Positions 9,788 to 18,826 of a stretch of DNA of 64,000 bases are shown one piece after another. The DNA lies in contig JALNZD010000018.1 of the NCBI GenBank assembly GCA_023229505.1, positions 9,089-73,088 of the forward strand, given 5' to 3'. The position numbers and the translations under genes were made by a program. Positions within the stretch are counted from its first letter, which is position 1. Each line of letters opens with the position of its first letter. Origin of the DNA: Bacteroidales bacterium (GTDB lineage Bacteria > Bacteroidota > Bacteroidia > Bacteroidales > JAGOPY01). The notes below the pieces were generated by a model. That model worked only from the letters and a program-made list of their open reading frames with translations. It was not told where the DNA came from and did no database searches.

Positions 9788-9837
9788 GTTCGATTGTTCG
9801 ATTGTTCAGGTGTTCCAAATTTCAAATTTCAAATTTC
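9788..9837. repeat. Two adjacent micro-arrays: GTTCGATT-type 8-mers x3.5 then AAATTTC 7-mers x3
   Basis: Reads gttcgatt gttcgatt gttcaggt gttcc, then aaatttc aaatttc aaatttc. Ends 3 nt before the gmhB stop codon (9841-9843) and lies upstream of the SSF gene. Confidence 0.9.
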
Positions 9838-9840
9838 TGA

Positions 9841-10392
9841 TTATAGCTTTCTGCTAAAATCCAACAGTGACCGGAAAGAGAAATCAGTCATATTTGCTAC
9901 CTGAGGATCTATTTCATCTGCAGCAATCAGTACCGTAATCATTCCCAGGTTTTTTCCGAAGATCATATCAGATACTGTATCACCAACCATCACCGACCTT
10001 GAAAAGTCAATTGCGGGAAAATCGGCCCTGGCTTTAAGGCCCATTCCGGTCCCGGGTTTCCTGTCAGGATGATTTTCTGATGCGATATAAGGACTGTAAT
10101 AGGAACCGTCGATGCGGCCACCGGCTTGTTTGATTTTCTGTTTCATTTTAAAATCAATCATGATCAGACTTTCCGGACTCATCATCCCTTTTCCGACACC
10201 CTGCTGGTTACTGACAATAATAATATGGCCAAAGATTTTGCTGAGCCTGGCCAATGCTTCCAAAACTCCTTCCAGGAAATGGAAATCTTCCCATCGGGTA
10301 ACATAGCCATCCGTAATACGGCTGCTGATCACGCCGTCGCGATCGAGGAAAAGCGTCCAATCATCAGTAAAAGATAAGTCTTTTAAATTCAT
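9841..10392 (-). CDS. gmhB: D-glycero-D-manno-heptose 1,7-bisphosphate phosphatase (HAD family)
   Basis: Internal ATG at 10390-10392 gives MNLKDLSFTDDWTLFLDRDGVI (DxDG HAD motif I), VSNQQGVGKG and RKPGTGM. The longer track ORF (to 10650) overlaps hddC and has no homology-like content. Confidence 0.85.
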   Translation of the reverse strand: MNLKDLSFTDDWTLFLDRDGVISSRITDGYVTRWEDFHFLEGVLEALARLSKIFGHIIIVSNQQGVGKGMMSPESLIMIDFKMKQKIKQAGGRIDGSYYSPYIASENHPDRKPGTGMGLKARADFPAIDFSRSVMVGDTVSDMIFGKNLGMITVLIAADEIDPQVANMTDFSFRSLLDFSRKL

Positions 10393-11074
10393 CGTTTGCT
10401 TTTTGATAATCCTTGGGGATGCCGATGTCCCTGAAATAGGAAAAACACCGCATGCCATAAAATTCTTCAGTCTGGTAATATTTCTGTAAGAAATTCTTTT
10501 CAAATGAAAACTTTTCCGGCAAACCGAAACGAAGCAGGTAATCCTTGCGTACCACATAAACACCCCCGTTAATATAGCCTTCGTCGGGCCCTGCCGACTT
10601 TTCATAGAAACGGGTGATGCGGTTGTTGTTATCAAACTCCAGCAGGCCAAAACGGGCCGGATCTATTTCAAATCGCATGGCGAGGCAAAGATCAGCTTCT
10701 TTGATCTTACGGAAATCGTCCAATCGCTGAAGGTTGACATCGAAGTAGGTATCCCCGTTAAAAATAAAGACGGCGTATCCCTGGGCATACTGCAGAGCAT
10801 TTAATATAGCCCCCCCGGTGCCAAGGGGTTCGTCTTCTTCAGCATAAATGAGCGCCAGCGATTTATATTGTTCACCGAAGTGCAGCCGGATGAGTTCTTT
10901 CTGGTAACCGACAGAAAGGATCACTCTTTTCAGGCCCCAGCGGTCAAGGAGGTCAAGCTGATATTCTAAAAATGGCCTCCCATTGATGGGGGCCATTGAT
11001 TTAGGGGCATCGTCAATCACATCTTTCAGCCGGGTACCCATTCCACCTGCGAGTATGATCGCCTCTCCGGTCAT
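10364..11074 (-). CDS. hddC: Sugar-phosphate nucleotidyltransferase, likely D-glycero-D-manno-heptose 1-phosphate guanylyltransferase
   Basis: N-terminal AIILAGGMGTRLKDV...PKSMAPINGRPFLEY, then EDEPLGTGGAI. Flanked by gmhA and gmhB. Its ATG overlaps the gmhA stop (ATGA). Confidence 0.8.
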   Translation of the reverse strand: MTGEAIILAGGMGTRLKDVIDDAPKSMAPINGRPFLEYQLDLLDRWGLKRVILSVGYQKELIRLHFGEQYKSLALIYAEEDEPLGTGGAILNALQYAQGYAVFIFNGDTYFDVNLQRLDDFRKIKEADLCLAMRFEIDPARFGLLEFDNNNRITRFYEKSAGPDEGYINGGVYVVRKDYLLRFGLPEKFSFEKNFLQKYYQTEEFYGMRCFSYFRDIGIPKDYQKANDEFKRLIFY

Positions 11075-11646
11075 CGGGGGAACAGTTTTTTTTCAATCAG
11101 TTCGCAGATTATATGCCCGATAAGGATATGTGATTCCTGTATTCGCGGGGTGTCAGAAGAAGGCACTCTGACTATGAAATCAGAGAGTTCTGCCAGTTTC
11201 CCGCCGGATTCACCGGTCAGGCCGACCGTAATGATCCCTTTCAGGCGTGCAGCCTGAAAAGCACGGATGACATTTTCAGAATTACCGGAAGTAGAAAGCC
11301 CTATCAGGACATCACCTTCAATACCGGAACCTTCTACCAGGCGGGCATAGACTTCATCAAAAGAGTAATCATTCGCTACGGCTGTGAGTAAGGAAGTATT
11401 TACCGTAAGGGCCTCTGCGGCAAGTGGTTTTCGATCGAAATAAAACCTTCCCGATAATTCCGCGGCCAGGTGCTGAGCATCGGCGGCACTGCCACCATTC
11501 CCGCAAAACAGGATTTTATGACCGTCACAAAGTGACAGGGAGCAGGTTTCTGCTATATCTCCAATCGTGCTAAGTATCTGGGCATTGGAGAGTATCTTTT
11601 GCTTGACTTCTATTGACTGTTGAATTGCTTCGGAAATGCGTTTCAT
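11071..11646 (-). CDS. gmhA: Phosphoheptose (sedoheptulose-7-P) isomerase, SIS domain
   Basis: 191 aa with FCGNGGSAADAQHLAAEL, GLSTSGNSENV and QESHILIGHIICE. Confidence 0.9.
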   Translation of the reverse strand: MKRISEAIQQSIEVKQKILSNAQILSTIGDIAETCSLSLCDGHKILFCGNGGSAADAQHLAAELSGRFYFDRKPLAAEALTVNTSLLTAVANDYSFDEVYARLVEGSGIEGDVLIGLSTSGNSENVIRAFQAARLKGIITVGLTGESGGKLAELSDFIVRVPSSDTPRIQESHILIGHIICELIEKKLFPR

Positions 11647-11690
11647 ATAACTTGCATACAGTTATTCGTGGATGCAAAGATATAAAGATG

Positions 11691-11738
11691 TAACGATTTA
11701 ACGAAGTAACGATATAACGAAGTAACGATTTAACGATG
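11691..11738. repeat. Micro-array 6 x 8 nt (TAACGANN)
   Basis: Reads taacgatt taacgaag taacgata taacgaag taacgatt taacgatg. Lies between the gmhA start (11646) and the stop of the 787-aa gene (11794). Confidence 0.9.
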
Positions 11739-11793
11739 TGATGTATCGATATTCGAAGTACATATTCCCAATAACCAGTAACCAATGACCACC

Positions 11794-14157
11794 TTACTTT
11801 TCTTTCACTACCTTCACAGTCTCCACCAGCCAGCCATCAATGGTCATTCTAAGAATATACGTGCCTGCGGACAGGGAATTTCCGTACTCGTCCCTTCCAT
11901 CCCAATAAAAACTTCCCTTATCGCCAACCATGCCTGTGTTGTTGACCAGAGTCCTGACTTTCATCCCGGACATGCTGTAAACGCTGATATTTAACCTGCC
12001 ATTCTCCTTCAATTCATAACTCACATAGGTTCCATACGAGAATGGGTTAGGAGAAACCTCCATCAACTTTGAACTTTGAACTTTGAACTTTGAACTTGGC
12101 GCCTCCGGCGTCCCAACCCACGGTCCATACTCATACGCTCCCATGTCCACGCTTTCGCCCCAGATGCGGGGATTGCCTGCTATATCATATTCAGGTAGCT
12201 TTATTCCACGTGGAAGATTCTGTGTACCGGCGTCGATGCAGGGGGAGCCGGCATCGATGGCATAAGGGAATTCCTCAGAGCCAAGAAACACCGGGTCATC
12301 GTCAAGGTTACCTTCGCCCCATTCCACGTAATTGAAAGGCCCATAACTGATGATGCTGTCTTTTCCATCCTCTACAAGAGAATAATTGACCCTGACTGTA
12401 TCGGCCTGATCCGCTAAATCGTAATTTAAATATATCTGGTAAGGTTCATTGCCATAAAGTATGCAGTTGTAAAAGTTGATATCAGAACCACCAGTGGCGC
12501 CTACAGCTCCACCCCATGGATTGGTGGTGATGTTGTTTGCAAAGGTGGAGTTAACAATGTCCAAATAAATATCGCCAATAGTCGCAATAGCAGTAGCGCC
12601 GGGATATGGCGACCAGGGAGGGAAGTCGAAATTATCATTAAAAAGGCAATTGACAATCTTTGCGTATATCAAATCTGGTATGGTTTCTGAGCTGACAAAA
12701 TATACTGTGATATGTCCCTGGCTTGTGTCGGAAGTCATGTCCGGGCCGTTTTGATCAAACTGAGTTGAATTGAATTCAATATATCGTGGAAGCTCGTAGA
12801 AATGGTTAAATGGAACAATAGTTTGTATCCCTTTACATTCTTTTATTAAAGAATTATTAATGATCAGGGTGTCGTCAGAATCGGAATAAATTCCATGGAT
12901 AAAATAATTACTGGTGGCATTGATCAGGGAAATACTATCCAGGACAATTTTTTTTGAATAACCAATCGTGATGCCTCCGGTAAAATAAGTAAATGTTCCA
13001 TTCCCATTTTGGAAAGATATATTCTTTACATAGGTATAATCCTGGCCGAAAGCAAATCGGGCGCATTCATATTTGTTTTCACAATCCAGGATAGTGTTTT
13101 CTCTGCTTTGGCCTACAAGGTTCACATTATTCTTGAATTGCAGCGGTGTATGTTCTCCGGTTAAAGAATTGGAATATACTCCATCAGCAACATGAACTGT
13201 TTTCAGATTAATGCTATCTGAAGCGATCTTTAATAAAGCAAAGGAGATGGTTTTAAGCGGAGTATCCGGAGTAAGCCCTGAATTCCCGTCATCTCCCGAA
13301 GGACTGACATAAAGATCGGAATTCACCTGCTCGATTTTTCCATGCAAAACTGATATAGGTGGTCGTTCCATGTGAACTCCCCAGTCGCTGAATTTCCCTA
13401 TATAATAACGATCGGGATTCATTACGGTACATGTATCCAGCCAAATTTTAGCAATGGTGTCATCATATCCGACCACAATATCTGAAACCATTGAGCTGTA
13501 ATTCAAATAGACATTATTCAGATTTACACTATCGAATGTGACAATTGATAAGGTAGTACCAATACCTCCGGCAACATAAGACCAATTATGTGCTATTGTA
13601 TTTCCAAATAGCATTAATGATGAAGAGACACTGTAAACACCTCCGCCACACCAGGCAAAATTATACTTAAGGTGACAATTGATAATTTTGAGCTCTGAAT
13701 TCTCAATATATACACCTCCACCACTTCCGTAAAGCCAAGGGTACAAATTTTCCAGATAATTTGTCCCTGTACCATGCTGTAAGGTAAACCCGAGGATACT
13801 GCTCCAGCAATTGTTTTCTAAGGAACGGATACAACTTCCGGATTGGTTTCCGTCGATTATCGTCTGGTCGATAATGGAATCCTGCTGTGAAAGTCTCCAG
13901 GTGCTTGTTAGTACGATACATTTGTCAGTAAGGTCTACATTTTCGAAATATGCCCCGGGATATACCAGGATCGTGTCACCATCAGAAGAGGCATTCACAG
14001 CATCCTGGATGACATCAAAATCACCCGTTCCATCCTGTTTTACAGTAATGACCTGGCCTTTAGCCACGGAGATATACATTAGCAACAGGAAAAAGGATGC
14101 CATCCTTTTTATAAAAGGACGGCATCCTGTTAATATAGTATAGACAGTATTTATCAT
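11794..14157 (-). CDS. Right-handed beta-helix (pectin-lyase-fold) secreted protein with T9SS type A sorting domain
   Basis: N-terminal VKQDGTGDFDVIQDAVNASSDGDTILVYPGAY, many beta-helix-like turns, DIAGNPRIWGESVDMGAYEY, and C-terminal VSPNPFSYGT...GTYILRM tail. The ATG at 14157 overlaps the upstream stop (ATGA). Alternative ATG at 14103. Confidence 0.8.
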   Translation of the reverse strand: MINTVYTILTGCRPFIKRMASFFLLLMYISVAKGQVITVKQDGTGDFDVIQDAVNASSDGDTILVYPGAYFENVDLTDKCIVLTSTWRLSQQDSIIDQTIIDGNQSGSCIRSLENNCWSSILGFTLQHGTGTNYLENLYPWLYGSGGGVYIENSELKIINCHLKYNFAWCGGGVYSVSSSLMLFGNTIAHNWSYVAGGIGTTLSIVTFDSVNLNNVYLNYSSMVSDIVVGYDDTIAKIWLDTCTVMNPDRYYIGKFSDWGVHMERPPISVLHGKIEQVNSDLYVSPSGDDGNSGLTPDTPLKTISFALLKIASDSINLKTVHVADGVYSNSLTGEHTPLQFKNNVNLVGQSRENTILDCENKYECARFAFGQDYTYVKNISFQNGNGTFTYFTGGITIGYSKKIVLDSISLINATSNYFIHGIYSDSDDTLIINNSLIKECKGIQTIVPFNHFYELPRYIEFNSTQFDQNGPDMTSDTSQGHITVYFVSSETIPDLIYAKIVNCLFNDNFDFPPWSPYPGATAIATIGDIYLDIVNSTFANNITTNPWGGAVGATGGSDINFYNCILYGNEPYQIYLNYDLADQADTVRVNYSLVEDGKDSIISYGPFNYVEWGEGNLDDDPVFLGSEEFPYAIDAGSPCIDAGTQNLPRGIKLPEYDIAGNPRIWGESVDMGAYEYGPWVGTPEAPSSKFKVQSSKLMEVSPNPFSYGTYVSYELKENGRLNISVYSMSGMKVRTLVNNTGMVGDKGSFYWDGRDEYGNSLSAGTYILRMTIDGWLVETVKVVKEK
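12064..12098. repeat. Micro-array 5 x 7 nt (GAACTTT) inside the CDS, just upstream of the T9SS sorting domain
   Basis: Reads caacttt gaacttt gaacttt gaacttt gaacttg. It encodes ...SSKFKVQSSKL... on the minus strand. Confidence 0.9.
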
Positions 14158-17100
14158 TTGGTGATAATGGCTTTTTTCGTTATGGCATTACCGCAGGCTG
14201 ACATGCGGATCAAATAAATCCCAGGCGTAGACCTATCAATAAACAATTTTCCCCACTGGATCGAATAATTGCCGGCCTGTTCATTCTCCGTTTGAAACGT
14301 ATTGAGTTTCCGGCCGTAAACATCGAATAACTCAAAAGTGACATCAGATTCGCAGGGAATGAAGTAATCGATGTTGCAGAAATCCGGGCAGGGATTCGGA
14401 TTAAAGTCAAGGATTAATGGATTGGCCCAGGAACTTGAATTGGCTTCCTTTTTAAAAGAGACCTGGTAATATTTTTTATTTTCACGAGAATTGATAGCCC
14501 TTTTTTCCTGCAAATTAGTCCTATTATTTAAAACATAATATTCATCGATTCGATCTGAGGAGCTCTTTTCATTTCCATAGTATTTTTCGAAAGTGATCAT
14601 ACCGCTGGAATCATTTGGCATGTAGCCCCTTATCATTGCCATCGAATCGAGTTCTTCAACCACGGTGGCGCCGATACAGGAGTCGGCAATAAATGCTCCG
14701 ATTTCCAGGGGATGGTCACCGGTATCAAGTTCAATGAAAATAGGGGTGTAATCCGGTTTTTCTGCATAGGTAAAGTTTTCTGATTTTGGCAGATCACGAA
14801 TAGCGCCGGAAGAAGTACCTCCCCATTGGAAAGTAACATCTTCAGAACATTCGAGGATCAACATATCGGCGTATTTCAACGGTTTTGTGATGGAGCACAT
14901 CCAGTACGGTTCAAGATTTCCTCTAGGAGGTATATATCCCCATACCTTGACACAGACCCAGTCGTGGTGCTTGATCAGGGTGAGTTCATCCAGCACATCG
15001 GCCAGAGCAGCAAATGGATCCTGCGGCCAGGTAGGGTAATATCCCACCCAATTCTGATAGCCCGCATAAATGGTCAGGGGGTATGCCGGATCAAGCTGTG
15101 TGCCTTCCATAGAAAGATAGGAAATATACGAATTATTCGTCTCGAGCTTGTATCCTCTGGTACTGTATATTGCGTTTAAATCTCCTGTCCAATGCGGCCA
15201 TGAAGTTGTGTACATAATATGCTCTTCCAAACCAACTAGTCTCTGGGGTGGCAGGTTGGTCATTTGCAGGTATGTTGGGAAAGGATCGATATTTACCAGG
15301 ACAGGCTGGGCAGGGACAGGGTCGTTACCTACCCGGTCGAGGCGCGGGAAGGAGAGCCAGTTCCAGACTCCGAGTCCGGGTTGGAGGGCAAGTTGATCAG
15401 GTGAACATTGAACAATGCTTATGTTTCCAAGTCCCTGATTAGGAATATACAAGTAATTACTACTTTCATCGAATACCATTTTCTCAGTTGGTGATATAGG
15501 AAAAAGATCCTTAACAAAATTTTCCTGAAGATAGATATCACTACTTAACTCAAAGTCATCACATCTGTAAGAATACAAGCGAATTTGATTTTTATAGTAA
15601 TTCATATCATAATGAAACATGTGTAAATAAACCATATCATTCGCCTGGTTATAATAAGTAGCAATGATGTGATCTTCCACTGGGAACTGTATTTCATGAA
15701 GAAATTCATATGTTGACGCATTATAAAATTGTATTATTGGTTCCAAAAACACAATAATGAGTCTATCATTTCTAGGCGAATATTGACATTCTCTAATTGT
15801 TTCAGATAGATAGATTGTTTCAACAACTGAGAAATTTGATGGATTAATAATAGTTACACTATTGTCTGACAATAAATAAATTTGATTCTTCACTTTATTG
15901 TAAAATAATGCATTACTATAATTTGAAGGTAATATCTGATAAGAATGAGATCCGATTATTTGGTTGGAGTTATGATCAATTTCTAACAATTTACAACCCC
16001 AGATGCCATCTTCATAGGCCAGTGCAATACAATTCCCATCTTTTAAGAGTGCGAAATCTCTTATTTCATAGGGTGAAGTCAAGCCATTGTTTTGGATCTG
16101 TCCAATAGTATAGTCCGACATATTCATAAACTCTAATACATTCCACCCACCTAAATATGTATAATTATTCTCACCTGGTTGAAATAAATTTACTTGATCT
16201 GTAGAAATTACTTGAAATTGGTCAGTATGGCCATCAACAACAGTTATTTGCGACTCCATATAATCATGATTTGAAACGACAAGTTTTTCAGAACCTGCAT
16301 GATAAGCAAGATCGTAAATAGCTCGACCTATTGCAATTGAAGTGAATGAGTTATCAAATAGGTTTTGGATTGAAAGGAAAGTCTCTGATTCTGGCGAAAA
16401 ATCTTGAATCCAGTAATTTTTTTGCCATGTAGGGTTTAGAACTCCTTTTAGGATATCGTCCCCTAAATGAACCTGGTGAATCAACTCCAGTGATAAAGAG
16501 TAGCTATCAATGGAATTCGCTTCGAGGTTGGAAAGAACTATTTGATCATCCCCTGCATGTATTAAATGATTGGATACTCCATTTACGGAGACAGAATTCT
16601 CAATATCAGAGCCGTAAATTTTGTATAAATTATAACCTGAACAATAAACACGATCATTCGAAGGACTACATAGGACCTGATCAACATGTGGTAAAATCAA
16701 TTCTGCAACAATTGGTGAGTTGGTATTCTGACGCGTATAATCAACTATCACCAATTTAAAGTCACCTGCAGTCGTCTTTCCAACAAAATAAGCATAATGA
16801 ATATTATTACCAATATAGCAAGATGATTCAGAGCCGAATACAGGAAAATCATTGATCGAGTAATTTGATATATAATTAAGTTGATTTGTATAAGGATTAA
16901 TTAAAAATGCATCGAGGCATGAATTAGAATTATTTTGGCTGATACAATAAAGTCTGTTTGCTTCGCCTATATATTGCAATTTGGTTGCAATTTTATCCGA
17001 TATATTATATGAGTCAAATTCGCTTAGATCTAATGGGTCTATTAAACATATCTGTCCACTTGGTGTTTGTGTTACACTACGTGTAATAGATAAAGCCAGA

Positions 17101-17687
17101 TAGTCATTTTGGTGACAAAAAGTGACATCAAATATTTTATATTCAAAAGGTATATCATAATGGCCAAAAGTACTCATAGATGATAGATTAATTCCTACAA
17201 GACGGGTATCCCCAATTATGTGCACACTATTTTGTACCCAATATAATCTATCTAAATCAGGATTGTAATATAGGAAAGAACCTAACAGGGGATCTAAGGA
17301 TGAAAATTCGTGAATAATTTGATTGTTATTACAATCAATAACCAGTAATTTATCATCCTCATTTGCACAATAAATATAGTTACGGCTATGATCAAAGGCA
17401 AGTTTATGAGTTTTTTCTATTGTACTATGAAAACCGATAAAATATCCTGTTTGTCCGACAGTGATTGCTCCTACGATTATGCCTGAAGTTTTATTGACGA
17501 GGATAATTTTTTGACCGGTATATACATAAAATAAATTGTTTATGTCATTATAAATGATACTATGTGGTGAAGCTTGAGAATTTTCATTTGGCACATATAT
17601 ATTTTCAAGGAAAACATCCTGGGCAGTTAAAAAATAAGAACTCGAAATAAAAATTAAAAGAAGTGTTATAAATAATTTTGCTTTCAT
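14154..17687 (-). CDS. Very large secreted protein, propeller-like N-terminal repeats, T9SS type A sorting domain
   Basis: 1177 aa with signal peptide MKAKLFITLLLIFISSSYFLTAQ. Recurrent ...RLYC/VYCS/IYLL... strand-like repeats. C-terminal DFNPNPCPD...GIYLIRM tail. Confidence 0.8.
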   Translation of the reverse strand: MKAKLFITLLLIFISSSYFLTAQDVFLENIYVPNENSQASPHSIIYNDINNLFYVYTGQKIILVNKTSGIIVGAITVGQTGYFIGFHSTIEKTHKLAFDHSRNYIYCANEDDKLLVIDCNNNQIIHEFSSLDPLLGSFLYYNPDLDRLYWVQNSVHIIGDTRLVGINLSSMSTFGHYDIPFEYKIFDVTFCHQNDYLALSITRSVTQTPSGQICLIDPLDLSEFDSYNISDKIATKLQYIGEANRLYCISQNNSNSCLDAFLINPYTNQLNYISNYSINDFPVFGSESSCYIGNNIHYAYFVGKTTAGDFKLVIVDYTRQNTNSPIVAELILPHVDQVLCSPSNDRVYCSGYNLYKIYGSDIENSVSVNGVSNHLIHAGDDQIVLSNLEANSIDSYSLSLELIHQVHLGDDILKGVLNPTWQKNYWIQDFSPESETFLSIQNLFDNSFTSIAIGRAIYDLAYHAGSEKLVVSNHDYMESQITVVDGHTDQFQVISTDQVNLFQPGENNYTYLGGWNVLEFMNMSDYTIGQIQNNGLTSPYEIRDFALLKDGNCIALAYEDGIWGCKLLEIDHNSNQIIGSHSYQILPSNYSNALFYNKVKNQIYLLSDNSVTIINPSNFSVVETIYLSETIRECQYSPRNDRLIIVFLEPIIQFYNASTYEFLHEIQFPVEDHIIATYYNQANDMVYLHMFHYDMNYYKNQIRLYSYRCDDFELSSDIYLQENFVKDLFPISPTEKMVFDESSNYLYIPNQGLGNISIVQCSPDQLALQPGLGVWNWLSFPRLDRVGNDPVPAQPVLVNIDPFPTYLQMTNLPPQRLVGLEEHIMYTTSWPHWTGDLNAIYSTRGYKLETNNSYISYLSMEGTQLDPAYPLTIYAGYQNWVGYYPTWPQDPFAALADVLDELTLIKHHDWVCVKVWGYIPPRGNLEPYWMCSITKPLKYADMLILECSEDVTFQWGGTSSGAIRDLPKSENFTYAEKPDYTPIFIELDTGDHPLEIGAFIADSCIGATVVEELDSMAMIRGYMPNDSSGMITFEKYYGNEKSSSDRIDEYYVLNNRTNLQEKRAINSRENKKYYQVSFKKEANSSSWANPLILDFNPNPCPDFCNIDYFIPCESDVTFELFDVYGRKLNTFQTENEQAGNYSIQWGKLFIDRSTPGIYLIRMSACGNAITKKAIITK

Positions 17688-17795
17688 GGCTTTATAAAAT
17701 TAAGGTTAATAATCGGATTAATTACTAATAGAGGTGGTATAATTAAAAGCTATGGAGGGAAAATTTTTTCAGGAAGAAAGAGAATCAGGGAATTA

Positions 17796-17823
17796 CTCTC
17801 TCTCTCTCTCTCTCTCTCTCTCT
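17796..17823. repeat. (CT)14 dinucleotide microsatellite
   Basis: 28 nt of uninterrupted ctct..., 109 nt upstream of the ATG (17687) of the 1177-aa gene. Confidence 0.95.
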
Positions 17824-17950
17824 ACGGAATTGTGGTATTTCAAACGCCATTTCATAAAGAGTTGAATATTACTCATTTCTCATTTCATGAATTGGGGGAT
17901 TTAAAAATACAACAATATTGAGGGAAAAGCAAGAAAAACTTAAAACAATA

Positions 17951-17990
17951 TTTAAAAAGAAAAACGTGTGAATTAAACTATTCACACGTT
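17951..17990 (-). terminator. Rho-independent terminator downstream of the 18134-18748 gene
   Basis: Perfect 11-bp stem aacgtgtgaat/attcacacgtt (17963-17973 / 17980-17990) with a 6-nt loop. On the minus strand it is followed by TTTCTTTTTAAA. Confidence 0.7.
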
Positions 17991-18100
17991 CAAATGTAAA
18001 AGAAGATGATCTAATATTTCCAGATGAATTTACAATGAAACCTGATCAGTTAACAATACGAAAATATTGGCAATCAGATAACTTCAACATTAAAAATCCC

Positions 18101-18130
18101 ATTTTCAAATTTTCAAATTTCCAAATCACC
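18101..18130. repeat. Micro-array 3.5 x 8 nt (ATTTTCAA)
   Basis: Reads attttcaa attttcaa atttccaa atcacc. Ends 3 nt from the stop codon at 18134-18136. Confidence 0.85.
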
Positions 18131-18133
18131 TCC

Positions 18134-18748
18134 TTACTTCTTCCCGTCTTTGGTATCCATCACAGGTTTCTTATCCGTCCCTGAATTTGCCGGGGTTCCA
18201 CTCTCCTTCGACGGCATAATTTTAACATTTGAGGGTGTGCCACCTTGCTGTACTTGTCCTTTGGCTTGTTGGGCTACCGGGCTCTTATCGGCATTCCAGG
18301 TTTCCGCCACAATCTTCCAGATCCCATCTTTATTTTTCTTCCAGACGTTAAGATACTTGCCATTATCTACTTTTGGCTCAGTAAGTCCGGGGAAAGTCAT
18401 CGTCAAAGAATAGGTTCCAATATCAACCATAATATCCTCTCCCATAATTAATTCCGTAGTAGTTTTCTGCCCATCGAGTATTTTATAGCCTCCTTTTTGT
18501 CGCCCTAAATTATTTGAAAGGATTAGCTTGTACCCTGTTTCCTTTGCCCGGTAATTTGGCAAAGAAATAGCATCACCATCATAATATTTTTCCATAGTTT
18601 CATAACTGCCTGTTTTGACAAGATCTATCATCTCCTTGTTCATTTTCATGATTAAAGATTTCATTTCATCCCTGGATTGAGCAAAAGATCCAAAAGAGAA
18701 AAGCATAAGCAACAAAACTGTAATAGCATTAATAATCAAGCGTTTCAT
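18134..18748 (-). CDS. Secreted SnoaL/NTF2-like (DUF4440-like) protein with low-complexity tail
   Basis: Signal peptide MKRLIINAITVLLLMLFSFGSFAQ, a ...GKYLNVWKKNKDGIWKIVAETWN motif, and a Q/G/P/K-rich C-terminus. Confidence 0.6.
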   Translation of the reverse strand: MKRLIINAITVLLLMLFSFGSFAQSRDEMKSLIMKMNKEMIDLVKTGSYETMEKYYDGDAISLPNYRAKETGYKLILSNNLGRQKGGYKILDGQKTTTELIMGEDIMVDIGTYSLTMTFPGLTEPKVDNGKYLNVWKKNKDGIWKIVAETWNADKSPVAQQAKGQVQQGGTPSNVKIMPSKESGTPANSGTDKKPVMDTKDGKK

Positions 18749-18826
18749 AATTTAATTTTATTAATTTAACCATTAATTATAACGGGTCCAAAGATAGGAA
18801 AAAATCAATTGTACAGACATTCATCT

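Noticed and set aside
9788-9837. Tandem micro-arrays as CRISPR arrays
   Set aside because: The units are only 7-8 nt, directly abutting, with no spacers. No array with 25-50-nt repeats was seen anywhere in the window, including next to the cas genes.
9734-9840. Sigma-54 (-24/-12) promoter upstream of the SSF-glnN operon
   Set aside because: The best candidate, TGGAACACCTGAACAA, lacks the GC at -12. No convincing TGGCAC-N5-TTGC was seen by eye.
10393-10650. N-terminal 86 codons of the track ORF 9841..10650
   Set aside because: This part overlaps the hddC coding region in another frame and has no HAD-like content. The HAD motif I follows the internal ATG at 10392.
14154-17687. Two ORFs of exactly 1177 aa (14154-17687 and 43583-47116), and two of exactly 387 aa (3717-4880 and 4886-6049)
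   Set aside because: The sequences are unrelated, so the equal lengths look coincidental.
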